64,000 nt of DNA from Candidatus Altiarchaeota archaeon (GTDB lineage Archaea; Altiarchaeota; Altiarchaeia; IMC4; SCGC-AAA252-I15). The notes under the pieces were generated by a model. The model was not told the origin of the DNA. It saw only the letters and a list, made by a program, of their open reading frames with translations, and ran no database searches. The stretch spans positions 1-64,000 of the forward strand of contig JBDRLL010000003.1 in NCBI GenBank assembly GCA_043813075.1, read 5' to 3'. Below are positions 1 to 9,849 of this stretch, piece after piece (the first letter of the stretch is position 1; every line of letters begins with the position of its first letter). The position numbers and the translations under genes were made by a program.

Positions 1-1355
1 GCATAACGATAGCAATATGCGAGAGGAGAGGTTACTTTCCCATAATAGTGATGGCATTCACGTTCATGCTCTACTCTGGAATGGAAAGATTCCCAATGCT
101 AATGGACTTCAGCATGATAGGAGGATTCTATAGGACACACCAGAACACGTTAATCGCCGCACTCGCCATCGCAATCCTGCCCAACAAAGCCGTTATGGGA
201 ACACTCAACAGGATTGAGGGACGATTAAACATAAGCCTTAACAAGAGTGAGAAGGCCGTCTTCCTGCTAGGGGTGTTCATCGCATCATCCCTGCTGTTCG
301 CGCTTAACCCGGTCGACGTCCAGCGAGGGGACTACCAGACAGTACCCCAACACATCAAGAACGGATACATAGATGTGAAAGAGCCGGCAAGCCTCGCGCT
401 ACACTCCATATTCTACAGGATGATATATTCACATTTCAGCAAGACAACCGATATAATGGAATCGATAATATCATCCATCAAGTTTATGCATGCAGTCTAT
501 GGGGGGGTGTTCACCGTGATAATCCTGCTTCTCTCCGAAGAGCTATTCGAAAAAAAGACTGAGAGGGCGATATTCATGCTAGCATTACTCGGCAACTTCG
601 CGATACTATACTCCTTCCTAGGGTCCATAGACATATACGCCCCCACTCTTGTGGGGCTTACCACCTACGTGCTGTGCGCTACACGCTACCTGAACGGCAA
701 GTCAAACATCTACTGCCCATCCTTCGCACTTGCTATCGCAGCAAACATACACCTCTCAAACATGTGGTTCGCGCCAACAATACCACTACTAGTATTGCTC
801 AAGCACGGGCGCCTAGACATGGAATGCGTAAAGAAAATGACTAAAGCAAGCCTTGTGTTCACAATATCGGCGGCAGCACTGTACACGCCAACATTCATGG
901 AGGCATACCACGCATGGGACAGTATGGGAGAGAAGATGGCCTACTGGGCGGGAGACATGGGCGGGGGAGACAAGAACGCATTCAAGGCCATTGGAACCAT
1001 ATTCTCAGTGTACAACATCAACCTCATAGCAACCGAATACATTCTAATAACCATGCCAGGACTGGTGGTGGTCATCTATGGGCTGATTAAAACCGACGTG
1101 CGAAGGATAAAAGACGACAGGATACTCACCCTACTCACTGCAATTTTCCTGACATACTTAACCTACACGATAGTCCACGAAAACGACGGGCAGCTGAATG
1201 TGGACTGGAACCTCTACACCAACGCCGCGCTGACAACCACGCTATTCGGACTCAAAAACATGCGGGACAACGACCAGGCGATAATACTAAAGGCCATGAT
1301 AATAGCGGTTATAATGCACAGCATCCCGCTACTGGCAGGTCATTATTCGACATGA
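1..1355 (+). CDS. Multi-pass membrane protein, possibly GT-C-like; 5'-partial
   Basis: Frame is open from position 3 to the stop at 1355; about 10 hydrophobic segments; no diagnostic motif recognised. Confidence 0.5.
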   Translation, partial: ITIAICERRGYFPIIVMAFTFMLYSGMERFPMLMDFSMIGGFYRTHQNTLIAALAIAILPNKAVMGTLNRIEGRLNISLNKSEKAVFLLGVFIASSLLFALNPVDVQRGDYQTVPQHIKNGYIDVKEPASLALHSIFYRMIYSHFSKTTDIMESIISSIKFMHAVYGGVFTVIILLLSEELFEKKTERAIFMLALLGNFAILYSFLGSIDIYAPTLVGLTTYVLCATRYLNGKSNIYCPSFALAIAANIHLSNMWFAPTIPLLVLLKHGRLDMECVKKMTKASLVFTISAAALYTPTFMEAYHAWDSMGEKMAYWAGDMGGGDKNAFKAIGTIFSVYNINLIATEYILITMPGLVVVIYGLIKTDVRRIKDDRILTLLTAIFLTYLTYTIVHENDGQLNVDWNLYTNAALTTTLFGLKNMRDNDQAIILKAMIIAVIMHSIPLLAGHYST

Positions 1356-1846
1356 ACATCCTCAGCCACACCCTGCTTCAAGAGTATTCCCGCACTCTCA
1401 ACAGGAAGCTCCACCACATCATCAGCCTTGAACGGGCCATACTCAACAGCGTCCGGACCAACGATGACAGGAATCGCCTGCAGGAGCCTTACACGCTTTT
1501 TCTCCACATCAACAGGCTTCTCTGCCATAGGCTTATGGTCGAATATTATCCTATGATTTTCCGCGAGCATACTGATTATCCGCCGATATAATTCAAGTTC
1601 ATTTATTGTCGCATGCTTGGGGTTCTCAGGCTTGTCGAGGGTTCTCGCAGCATGGAGGAGTATCTTCGTCCTCCTACGCTCATACACTTCATTCAGTATG
1701 TCCTTTATATAGTCCCTATGCTGCGCTACCTCAGGGCTCTCCACCAGCTGCGCCGCCTGCGAGAAGAAGTCTTCAGTAATCTCCTGCAACGTCGTCGAAT
1801 TCTTCTCTAAACGGTAGATCCTCTCTAGATCAGAATACGTCATCAT
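1343..1846 (-). CDS. DNA replication GINS complex subunit (Gins51/Gins15 type)
   Basis: N-terminal helical A-domain (YSDLERIYRLEK..L..I.EDF...ERRRTKIL) and C-terminal B-domain (IPVIVGPDAVEYGPFKADDVVELP...LLKQGVAE); start moved to ATG 1846, just after the upstream stop. Confidence 0.85.
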   Translation of the reverse strand: MMTYSDLERIYRLEKNSTTLQEITEDFFSQAAQLVESPEVAQHRDYIKDILNEVYERRRTKILLHAARTLDKPENPKHATINELELYRRIISMLAENHRIIFDHKPMAEKPVDVEKKRVRLLQAIPVIVGPDAVEYGPFKADDVVELPVESAGILLKQGVAEDVHVE

Positions 1847-1850
1847 CCTG

Positions 1851-3257
1851 CTATAAGTAGCTTGAGCCAATCTTCCCGTACTCCGGGTTGATTATCTGGT
1901 CTTTCTCTATACCCTTCCACACTGAACCATACCTCTCCTGAAGCTGATACTCTATGGGCTTCGCCTGGTCTATTGCCTCTATAACATGCTGCTTCTCTAT
2001 AAGCTTATCCCCCTCGTCAGTGGCAAAGTCCCCGGCCAAACGTATCACCCCCCCAAGGTCCCTAAGGCGCAGCGTAAGGGAGTTTCTCGCGTCATCAACC
2101 AGCCTAGCCCGCTTTCGAGCCTCATCTATGAGTATCTCAACAACCTCCCTCGTCGCATGAGGTATCTTACCGTCCTTCGATATCTCCTGCGCCACGAACT
2201 GCGCCATATAAGCCTGGTTAAGAGTATTATCCTCCATTGTGGTCTCCAATAGTATCTCGTATCCGTTGCCTAGTATCCGCGATCTTAACGGGGGAAGTAT
2301 GTCCTGAACATCCCTTATGTTGCACGCTCCCACAAAGAGGAAGTCGCATGGAACATCCTCAACCTTCACCGACGCGCCACCAGACTGCGGGTTCCTCCCT
2401 GTTATCGGGAACTTCCTCTCCTGCATCGCCGTTAATATGAAGTTCTGAAGGTTGCCCAGATGCGGCAGCTCGTCTATGAACAACACACCCTCATGAGCCT
2501 CATGTATCGACCCAGGCACCACCCGAAGATACGCGGGAGTACCAATCTCATGATGGCTGCCGTAGGGGTCGTGCCTCACGTCACCAAGCAACTCAGTCTC
2601 ACTGGCCCCGGTCGCATGGATGAAATTCTTCCTGCTCAACGGGATGATAGTGTGACGCTTCTTCTTGTCAGGAGCCTTCAAAGCCATGTCAGGCTCCTGC
2701 CCGAATATCGCTATCTTACCTCCATTCTTTTTGTAGGATATCACCTGCTCACGGCCATCACTACCATAACAGGTAGCGCGTATCTCATCCTTCTTTGTTA
2801 TCCTCTTGTACTTGTTCTCACCGCACTTGGAGCAGGTTGGCGTGTTCGGAGCGCTGATGAAACCGCACGTAGAGCACTTGAATCCGAGCTGCTCCGCAAC
2901 ATACGCTGGAACTTCCTCTGGCTTAACAAGAGTCAGGTCCGACTTCGGCTTAACCACCTCGACCAGAGGCTTCTGAGGATTCAACATGTTATCCAAAACG
3001 TTTATCTGCTCCTTCGGCTTCGACAGGTGCAAAGCCAAAGACTGCGCAAGCATACTCTTACCCACGCCAGGCGGACCTACAAGCAACAGGTGCCGCCTCT
3101 GCTGTATGGCCAGGCGAACCTTCTTCACAGCATTAGGCTGGCCTATCACCTGGTCTATTATGTCCTCTGGTATGGGTATGTCCTTCGTCGTCTGGATTTC
3201 ATCCAACGGCTTCGGCTCCCTCTGCTGGCTGGATTTCCCCTTTTTCCTAGGCATCAT
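1851..3257 (-). CDS. Lon-family AAA+ ATPase lacking the protease domain, with a Zn-ribbon insert
   Basis: DQVIGQ, Walker A GPPGVGKS, LLGDVRHDP, Walker B VLFIDE, PLRSRI and LRLRDLGG as in LonB; CxxC-x10-CxxC insert; ends before any Ser-Lys domain; start at ATG 3257. Confidence 0.85.
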   Translation of the reverse strand: MMPRKKGKSSQQREPKPLDEIQTTKDIPIPEDIIDQVIGQPNAVKKVRLAIQQRRHLLLVGPPGVGKSMLAQSLALHLSKPKEQINVLDNMLNPQKPLVEVVKPKSDLTLVKPEEVPAYVAEQLGFKCSTCGFISAPNTPTCSKCGENKYKRITKKDEIRATCYGSDGREQVISYKKNGGKIAIFGQEPDMALKAPDKKKRHTIIPLSRKNFIHATGASETELLGDVRHDPYGSHHEIGTPAYLRVVPGSIHEAHEGVLFIDELPHLGNLQNFILTAMQERKFPITGRNPQSGGASVKVEDVPCDFLFVGACNIRDVQDILPPLRSRILGNGYEILLETTMEDNTLNQAYMAQFVAQEISKDGKIPHATREVVEILIDEARKRARLVDDARNSLTLRLRDLGGVIRLAGDFATDEGDKLIEKQHVIEAIDQAKPIEYQLQERYGSVWKGIEKDQIINPEYGKIGSSYL

Positions 3258-3343
3258 AAGAATATTATGTTTACATTGATTAATGATTCCATCAGGGGCT
3301 AGAAACCCTAAAAAGCCAAAGACAAAAAGAATTTCCAATACAG

Positions 3344-3388
3344 TATAAGATAATCTTTTATATTATAAGATTAGTTTTTTAGTATTAG
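3344..3388. repeat. 20-bp-period AT-rich repeat, locus 1
   Basis: TATAAGATAATCTTTTATATTATAAG (3344-3369) is 24/26 identical to 59448-59473. Confidence 0.65.
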
Positions 3389-3907
3389 GGATACTGCGAC
3401 ACCTAAATCGCTGACTGAAAACTCAGGCTCAACATCATACAATCCATCACCGCCGCCATAACCAGTCTCCACAAGTAGGGTGTGGCATCCAGCGTTAACA
3501 CCGGTAAGTATGTCAGTGGTCTTGTCGCCAACCATCCACGAGGACGATAAGTCCAGGTCGAAACTGGCTTCAGCCAGCCTGAGCAAACCGACGCCAGGCT
3601 TCCTGCACGAACACCCGTCCTCAGGAGCATGCATGCAGACGTAGACGGCGTCAATGCGCCCGCCATATCCCTCAACCTCTGCGAGCATGCGCTCGTGAAT
3701 CTCCTCCAAGACTCCAACATCAAGCATTCCGCGGCCGACGGCACTCTGGTTTGTGACCACCATAATCTTGTAGTCCGAGCCCGCGATGGTTTTCAGAGCA
3801 TCCAGCACTCCGGGCAGGAACTTGAAGTCACTCCATGAAGTCAGGTATCCGTCAACCTGCTGGTTGATTGTCCCGTCACGGTCTATGAAAACAGCCTTCT
3901 TCATCAT
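3371..3907 (-). CDS. gmhB: D-glycero-D-manno-heptose 1,7-bisphosphate phosphatase
   Basis: HAD motif FIDRDGTIN, VTNQS, CxH-x5-CxCRKP and MVGDK; adjacent to gmhA. Confidence 0.9.
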   Translation of the reverse strand: MMKKAVFIDRDGTINQQVDGYLTSWSDFKFLPGVLDALKTIAGSDYKIMVVTNQSAVGRGMLDVGVLEEIHERMLAEVEGYGGRIDAVYVCMHAPEDGCSCRKPGVGLLRLAEASFDLDLSSSWMVGDKTTDILTGVNAGCHTLLVETGYGGGDGLYDVEPEFSVSDLGVAVSLILKN

Positions 3908-4464
3908 CCAAAAATGCTTTCCTCAACAAGCCCGCATATTATGTGGGCGGCGGTTATGTGCGACTCCTGTATTCTAGGGGTGTCGGAGGAATCGATCATC
4001 ACACAGACGTCGGACAGTGCCTTCAGCTTCCCGCCCTTAGAACCAGTGAATCCAATTACCTTCATACCCCTCTCCCTCGCCTTCTCGACGGCGGCGATGA
4101 TGTTGGGAGAAGTCCCGCTCGTTGAGAACGCCATGAGAACATCACCTTCACTCCCGAGAGCCTCGACCTGCCGGGAGAAGAGGACGTCAACGCCATAATC
4201 ATTCGCCAGTGCAGTAAGTATGGAAGTATCAGTCGAAAGAGACACCGCCGGCAGGGCACGACGCTCCTTCTTGAACCTGCCCACAAACTCTCCAGCGATA
4301 TGCTGGCAGTCAGCGGCACTACCACCATTACCACAGAGCAAAACCTTTCCGCCAGACTTGTATACGCTTATTATGAGCTCTGCCGCGGACTCGACGTCAC
4401 CCGCATTAATCGTCTTCTTTGCATTAATGCTTTCCTCAATGCCCTTCAGGATTGTATCCATCAT
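3904..4464 (-). CDS. gmhA: Phosphoheptose (sedoheptulose-7-phosphate) isomerase
   Basis: CGNGGSAADCQHIAGE, TALANDYG, FSRQVEA, STSG, TPRIQESH. Confidence 0.95.
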   Translation of the reverse strand: MMDTILKGIEESINAKKTINAGDVESAAELIISVYKSGGKVLLCGNGGSAADCQHIAGEFVGRFKKERRALPAVSLSTDTSILTALANDYGVDVLFSRQVEALGSEGDVLMAFSTSGTSPNIIAAVEKARERGMKVIGFTGSKGGKLKALSDVCVMIDSSDTPRIQESHITAAHIICGLVEESIFG

Positions 4465-4532
4465 TTTAACCGATATGCGAAAGTAGATGTATTAAATGTG
4501 GTTATTAAATACTATAAACCATTTAAGAAAAA

Positions 4533-5234
4533 ATGCCGCGGAATGTGACGATAATAATACCGACATACAACGAGAAAGACAACATCAAGACGCTGATACA
4601 GGAGCTCTTTAAGACCGCAGGCGAGAACGACATAAATCTGGAAGTAATATTTGTTGACGACAACTCCCCCGACGGGACGGCAGAGGAGATAGGTGAGAAC
4701 ACAGGCAAACACAACATAAGGCTTATCAGAAGATCAGGGAAAATGGGCCTCGCCACAGCAGTTATCGAAGGATTCAACGCGGCTTCAAACGAGGTTGTGG
4801 GTGTCATGGACGCGGACCTCAGCCATGACCCGACCTCATTCCCAGAGGTATCAGGGCCCGTGCTCAACGGCGAATCATGGCTTAGCATAGGCTCAAGGTA
4901 CGCGGATGGGGGTGGCATAGAAAAATGGGGTCTGCGGAGGAAGATCATCTCAGGGACGGCTAAAGCGCTTTCAAGACCGCTAACCAGCATAGCAGACCCC
5001 ATGTCAGGATTCTTCTTCACGAAAAAAACGCTCTTAGAGAAAGGCAAGCTTGACCCTGTCGGCTACAAGATACTGCTCGAGATAATAGTCAAATGCAGGC
5101 CAGATAACATAAGAGAAGTCCCCATAACATTCAGGGACAGGATGCGTGGGGATAGCAAGCTTGACTTGAGGGAGCAAGTCAACTACTTGATACACCTTTT
5201 AAGGCTGTATTCGTTTAAGATTGGATTAACATGA
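4533..5234 (+). CDS. Polyprenol-phosphate glycosyltransferase (GT2, DPM1/ArnC-like)
   Basis: IIPTYNE, VDDNSPDGT, MDADLSH, GSRY, DPMSGFF. Confidence 0.9.
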   Translation: MPRNVTIIIPTYNEKDNIKTLIQELFKTAGENDINLEVIFVDDNSPDGTAEEIGENTGKHNIRLIRRSGKMGLATAVIEGFNAASNEVVGVMDADLSHDPTSFPEVSGPVLNGESWLSIGSRYADGGGIEKWGLRRKIISGTAKALSRPLTSIADPMSGFFFTKKTLLEKGKLDPVGYKILLEIIVKCRPDNIREVPITFRDRMRGDSKLDLREQVNYLIHLLRLYSFKIGLT

Positions 5235-5602
5235 AAACCAAAAAATGGGCGATGTTCGCGGTATTAGCGAGCACTTTCATAACCTCTTTCGGCCAGATAT
5301 TCCTCAAGAAGGGGGCGATGAGCCTGTCATTAAATCCCCTGGACGTGATCCTAAACGTACCCCTCTGGGTGGGCAGCATATTCTACGGTCTTGGGGCGAT
5401 AATACTGATTCTTTCTCTCAAGCATGGGGAGCTGTCAGTCCTGTACCCAATCTACGCACTGAACTTCATATGGGTGAGCGTACTCTCCCCATGGGTCTAT
5501 AGCACAGACGCCATGAACCCCGTCAAGTGGGCTGGCGTGGCAGTCATAATGATTGGTGTGAGCATCGTCGGCTACGGCAGCGGCAAGGGGGGTGAGTCAT
5601 GA
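5231..5602 (+). CDS. SMR/EamA-family small transporter (ArnE/F-like)
   Basis: 123 aa, four TM segments, GQIFLKKG and GELSVLYP motifs. Confidence 0.8.
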   Translation: MKTKKWAMFAVLASTFITSFGQIFLKKGAMSLSLNPLDVILNVPLWVGSIFYGLGAIILILSLKHGELSVLYPIYALNFIWVSVLSPWVYSTDAMNPVKWAGVAVIMIGVSIVGYGSGKGGES

Positions 5603-5946
5603 CGGAGATATGGGCTGTGGGGCTGATACTCACTGCAACGGTTATAGGAGGCTTCGGCAGCGTGTTCCTGAAGCAGGGGGCGGACAAGCTGAAGCTAAAC
5701 ATCAAGGGTATACTATTCAATAAGATGCTGATAAAGGGGGTGAGCCTATACACGTTCTCATCAGTATTCTTCATAACCGGTTTGAGGGGGGGTGAACTCT
5801 CAGTACTCTACCCCCTTGTCTCACTATCTTACGTATGGGTCTGCATATTCTCCATAAAATTCCTAGGGGAAAGGATGAACAAGTGGAAGTGGACTGGCGT
5901 ATTGTTCATACTCCTGGGAGTCAGCCTGATAGGCTTGGGAAGCTGA
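5599..5946 (+). CDS. SMR/EamA-family small transporter (ArnE/F-like), paralog of the upstream gene
   Basis: 115 aa, four TM segments, GSVFLKQG, GELSVLYP, FLGE; ATGA overlap with the upstream gene. Confidence 0.8.
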   Translation: MTEIWAVGLILTATVIGGFGSVFLKQGADKLKLNIKGILFNKMLIKGVSLYTFSSVFFITGLRGGELSVLYPLVSLSYVWVCIFSIKFLGERMNKWKWTGVLFILLGVSLIGLGS

Positions 5947-5959
5947 GGACTGGTGAACC

Positions 5960-7456
5960 ATGGACGAGAAGAGGATGGCACTCTTCGCGGTGCTGGCAGG
6001 GACAGTAGTTAGAATCATATTCTGGGCTACCACACCGGTCACTGGAGACGCATGCTTCCACTACAATGTCGCCAGGTTCATGTCTGAAAACCTGAGCATA
6101 CCATCATTCGAATACGTTACCGGAGGCAACCCCTTCTGGTATCCCCCATTATTCCACATAATAACGGCCGTATTGTACAGGCTGACTGGAATCCTGACGC
6201 TCACACCACTAGTCTTCGGCATAGGGGGACTGGTCGCATTCAAAAAGTTTTGCGACAGGTTCTACCCTGAACACTCATTGAAGTCCGTACTACTGCTCTC
6301 ATTCCTACCATTCCACGTGTACTACAGTGGGATAGGCTACCTAGAGTCCCTGATTTTCCTGACGACCGTCCTCTCATACCACTACTACTACGCATACCTA
6401 AAGGATGGTGGAAACAAGCAACTCGGCTACGCGGCCATAACATCAGCGCTAACCGCGCTGACCCACTACCATGGAATGATTATCCCATTATCCATAACCG
6501 CACACCTGGCCCTCAGGGACAGGAAAAAGGCGGCGGTATTCCTAGCTGCCGCACTGCTCATCGCCTCACCATGGTACGTTAGGAACTACATGGTGTACGG
6601 CAACCCGGTGTGGCCGAAACTATACGGCGGTAAATACCCGGGCTACAGGGACGTTCAGGGCATTTCAGTCGAGTCTGCGGTAGCCAGCATATTCAGCCCC
6701 GGGAGGTGGGTTAGCGTGTTCTTCGACTTCTGGATTGGGGCGCCGAACTCTGGAGAAGACTTCTGGAACAACGTTGAGGTCGGGGCTGGGAGATACCCCT
6801 TCTTCATGTGGATAATGGTCTTCTGGCTGACTGCCATAATCGCTTTGAGCATACTGTCGTTCAGGGGTTTTATGCGGGTAAGCGAAAGAAGGGACCAGGA
6901 GATGATTGCCATAGTTTTTGCGTTATCACTGATACCATTCACCCTAAACGGGCTCGCCCGCATGTTCATAGCAGTCATCCCATTCCTAGTCATCGCAGTG
7001 TCTAAGGGCGTTGGAGGCATCAGCAACAGGGGTATGATGCTTGCCACGCCAGCGGTAATACTACTTCTCGTCGGAGGGTCATACGGCTATGCCCAAACGT
7101 ACAAGAACCTGGTGGAAGGGTATGAGCCGTTCTTCGAGAAGATTCGCGAGGAGATGCCGGAAGGCTCTAGGATAGTCATGCCCTTCATGATACACGAGTG
7201 CATATACTATACTGGCATGCATTGCCTGAAGATAGGTGGTGCTGGAAGCCTCCCCGAGTTTGATACAAAAGACATGAGACAAATATTCAAGGACTATGAC
7301 GTGGAATACGTCTGCTGCAATAGGATGCATTGGAGCGCGCTCCCAGAGCAATACAAGAGCGTATGCAGGAGATTAAACAAGGAGAAATCATATGTATCAT
7401 ACAGTGAAGGTGACTCGTGGGGCAAGTGCTGGAATACCATGAGCAAAAAAAGGTGA
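5960..7456 (+). CDS. GT-C fold membrane glycosyltransferase (ArnT/PMT-like)
   Basis: First-loop acidic residue (GDACFH), YPPLF, PWYVRN..YGNP, many TM segments. Confidence 0.75.
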   Translation: MDEKRMALFAVLAGTVVRIIFWATTPVTGDACFHYNVARFMSENLSIPSFEYVTGGNPFWYPPLFHIITAVLYRLTGILTLTPLVFGIGGLVAFKKFCDRFYPEHSLKSVLLLSFLPFHVYYSGIGYLESLIFLTTVLSYHYYYAYLKDGGNKQLGYAAITSALTALTHYHGMIIPLSITAHLALRDRKKAAVFLAAALLIASPWYVRNYMVYGNPVWPKLYGGKYPGYRDVQGISVESAVASIFSPGRWVSVFFDFWIGAPNSGEDFWNNVEVGAGRYPFFMWIMVFWLTAIIALSILSFRGFMRVSERRDQEMIAIVFALSLIPFTLNGLARMFIAVIPFLVIAVSKGVGGISNRGMMLATPAVILLLVGGSYGYAQTYKNLVEGYEPFFEKIREEMPEGSRIVMPFMIHECIYYTGMHCLKIGGAGSLPEFDTKDMRQIFKDYDVEYVCCNRMHWSALPEQYKSVCRRLNKEKSYVSYSEGDSWGKCWNTMSKKR

Positions 7457-7460
7457 GTGA

Positions 7461-8417
7461 ATGTCCTCAATACTAGTGACAGGCGCGGCAGGATTCATAG
7501 GAAGCCACTTGGCGGAAAGACTACTGGACGAAGGACACATGGTAATCGCGCTCGACAACCTGGATGGATACTACAGTAGGGACATAAAGGAGGGGAACAT
7601 AAAGGAGGCGGAGTCAAACGCTGGATACACGTTCATAGAGGCTAGCATACTGGATTCAGAGTCAACAGCCAGAATCCTTGACGAACACTCCGTAGAATAC
7701 GTTATCCATGAGGCCGCCCAGGCTGGAGTTAGGGCGTCGATGGAGAATCCGGTCAAGACGCTTGAAGTCAACGCAATAGGAACGCTAAGACTCCTGGAAG
7801 CCATAGGCAAGTCCAGCGTCAGGAAGCTGGTGTTCGCTTCATCATCATCAGTGTACGGGAGAATCAAGTATCTGCCCTTCGACGAGGAACACCCCAAGAA
7901 CCCCATATCGCCATACGGCATGAGCAAGCTCATGTGCGAGGGGTACATAAGCCTATACGGCCAGACATACGGGCTGGAAAACACGTGCCTCAGGTACTTC
8001 ACGGTATACGGGCCCCGGATCAGACCGGACTTGGCGATACACAAGTTCACGGTTAAGGCGCTGAGGAACGAACCCATCGAAGTGTACGGGGACGGGAGCA
8101 AGACAAGGGACTTCACTTTCGTGGAGGATGCTGTCGACGCTACCGTGAAGGCAATCAGCAGGGGAGATGGAGCCTACAACATCGGTGGTGGCACTAGGGT
8201 GAGTGTGAAGAGGCTTGCTGAGATGATACTTGAGTATACTGGTGGGAAATCCAGGATAGAATACTCAGAATCCGTAAAAGGCGACGTCGAACACACCATG
8301 TCGGACACCAGTAAAGCAAGGGAAGAGTTAAGGTGGGTGCCGAATACGGGGCTTGAAGAAGGACTTAAGATGACGGTCGAATGGATAAGGGCAGGACTTG
8401 ATCACCCGAACCATTGA
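7461..8417 (+). CDS. NAD-dependent nucleotide-sugar epimerase (UDP-glucuronate/glucose 4-epimerase-like)
   Basis: GAAGFIG, AAQAGVR, ASSSSVYG, YGMSK, RYFTVYGPR. Confidence 0.9.
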   Translation: MSSILVTGAAGFIGSHLAERLLDEGHMVIALDNLDGYYSRDIKEGNIKEAESNAGYTFIEASILDSESTARILDEHSVEYVIHEAAQAGVRASMENPVKTLEVNAIGTLRLLEAIGKSSVRKLVFASSSSVYGRIKYLPFDEEHPKNPISPYGMSKLMCEGYISLYGQTYGLENTCLRYFTVYGPRIRPDLAIHKFTVKALRNEPIEVYGDGSKTRDFTFVEDAVDATVKAISRGDGAYNIGGGTRVSVKRLAEMILEYTGGKSRIEYSESVKGDVEHTMSDTSKAREELRWVPNTGLEEGLKMTVEWIRAGLDHPNH

Positions 8418-9796
8418 TTGCCGGTGGCAGCCATCCTATAGTCCACTTCAGAGCCGAGAATATTCCTAGCCGCCTTCAGACCCATGTCGACGGAATGGTC
8501 CATGTTGTTGTACCTGAAAAGTGCGTTACGCCCGAAATAACTCAGGTTAGATAGGGAGTCAAGGTACTCTTTCAGTGGATTCAGATGGTCCTGATAGTCC
8601 AAGTCATATATGGGATACGCATGCTTCATCCTGTTGACTACCGAATCGATCACGTCGCCCATCGATATGAATTCTATGTCATGGAGGTCTGAGATGACCC
8701 GCCGGGTCAGCTCTGCCTTGTCCATGTTCCATATCTCATCATCATAGTCGCATGTTATCTCAACCCCGATAACAGTCTTGCCTTCGGGGGCGTTATTGAC
8801 GCTGAAGTTCTTGTACTCGGTCACCCTGTTGCCGAGAATGTGCTTTTCAGGCAGGTATATCCAATGGTCGTCGCTCAGACTGTCTTTGTTGACCATGATT
8901 TGAGCGAACATGATGGACCTAAAACTCAGTTCAGACGAGTGATGGAACAGCTCCTCTGGAGGATTGGGTTTTATCATGGATATTATGTCTGTCAGCGGGA
9001 CTGTTGAGAAGAGATAGTCGCAGTCCACATTCTTCATGACCCCATTATCCTCGTAGACGACCCCATTCACAGAACCATCCTCGATATGGATCTCCCGTAC
9101 AGGAGAATTCAGTAATATCTTACCGCCATTATCCCTGATAAGCCGGGCGTATGTATTACATATCTCGCCGATGCCGCCATGAGCAGGATAATAGAATCTG
9201 GAGACATAAGTCCTGGGCGTGTCGCCGAACTTGAAGAGGGTCTTGACGACAGTATCCCAGAGGCTGAGGAGGCTTATCCTCTGGGCGGCCCAGTCAGCCG
9301 AAATCTTGTCACAGGGTATACCCCATGTCTTCTCAGTGTACTCGCCGAAGAATATCTTGTATAGAGTGTGGCCGAAACGATTAGTCACCCACGACTCGAA
9401 AGAATCGTCCGGATGAGGACTCAGCACATTCAAAAGCTTAACCTTCAGGTAGTCGATGAGTATCTTAAGTGTGACTACCGGCGGCATAGTAGCCAACGCA
9501 TTACTGAAACGAAGCGGATAGTCAAAAAACTTTTTGAACAAGTATATGCGGGACTTACGATTCCTAACGACGAGGTTATCCCCCATAACACCCTTCATGT
9601 GGGAGATCAAGTCCTCCTGCTTCGTGTGGAAACGATGGGGCCCCAAGTCAAACGTGAACCCGTTTTTGCTGAAGCTCTTGGCGAGACCCCCAACCTGGGA
9701 GTCCATCTCCAACACAAGAACCTGAACACCATTCCGAGTAAGCTCATAAGCAGCGCTCAACCCGGCAAGCCCAGCCCCCAATACAACAACCCTCAT
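8402..9796 (-). CDS. FAD-dependent oxidoreductase, UDP-galactopyranose mutase-like
   Basis: GAGLAGL, VGGLA, DLGPHRF, YTEKTWG, GRNALFRYNNMDHS; start at ATG 9796. Confidence 0.75.
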   Translation of the reverse strand: MRVVVLGAGLAGLSAAYELTRNGVQVLVLEMDSQVGGLAKSFSKNGFTFDLGPHRFHTKQEDLISHMKGVMGDNLVVRNRKSRIYLFKKFFDYPLRFSNALATMPPVVTLKILIDYLKVKLLNVLSPHPDDSFESWVTNRFGHTLYKIFFGEYTEKTWGIPCDKISADWAAQRISLLSLWDTVVKTLFKFGDTPRTYVSRFYYPAHGGIGEICNTYARLIRDNGGKILLNSPVREIHIEDGSVNGVVYEDNGVMKNVDCDYLFSTVPLTDIISMIKPNPPEELFHHSSELSFRSIMFAQIMVNKDSLSDDHWIYLPEKHILGNRVTEYKNFSVNNAPEGKTVIGVEITCDYDDEIWNMDKAELTRRVISDLHDIEFISMGDVIDSVVNRMKHAYPIYDLDYQDHLNPLKEYLDSLSNLSYFGRNALFRYNNMDHSVDMGLKAARNILGSEVDYRMAATGNQWFG

Positions 9797-9818
9797 GCTT
9801 CTTTGAGAATAGGTATTC

Positions 9819-9827
9819 TTTATTAAA
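9819..9827. promoter_or_regulatory. Candidate bidirectional TATA box
   Basis: TTTATTAAA lies 23 bp from each divergent start (9796 and 9850). Confidence 0.55.
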
Positions 9828-9849
9828 GAGCTTGATAAAAATAAGAGGG

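Noticed and set aside
2460-3302. Long antisense or alternate-frame ORFs in the track (e.g. 2460..3302, 19292..20083, 47489..48211, 59607..60272, and those over 22821..23454)
   Set aside because: They are shadows of well-supported genes or overlap the tRNA locus and carry no motifs
3285-3370. Replication origin (ORB) or Xer dif site
   Set aside because: No TTCCAGTGGAAAC-type ORB and no cdc6/orc1 nearby; arm and spacer lengths do not fit the 11-6-11 dif layout
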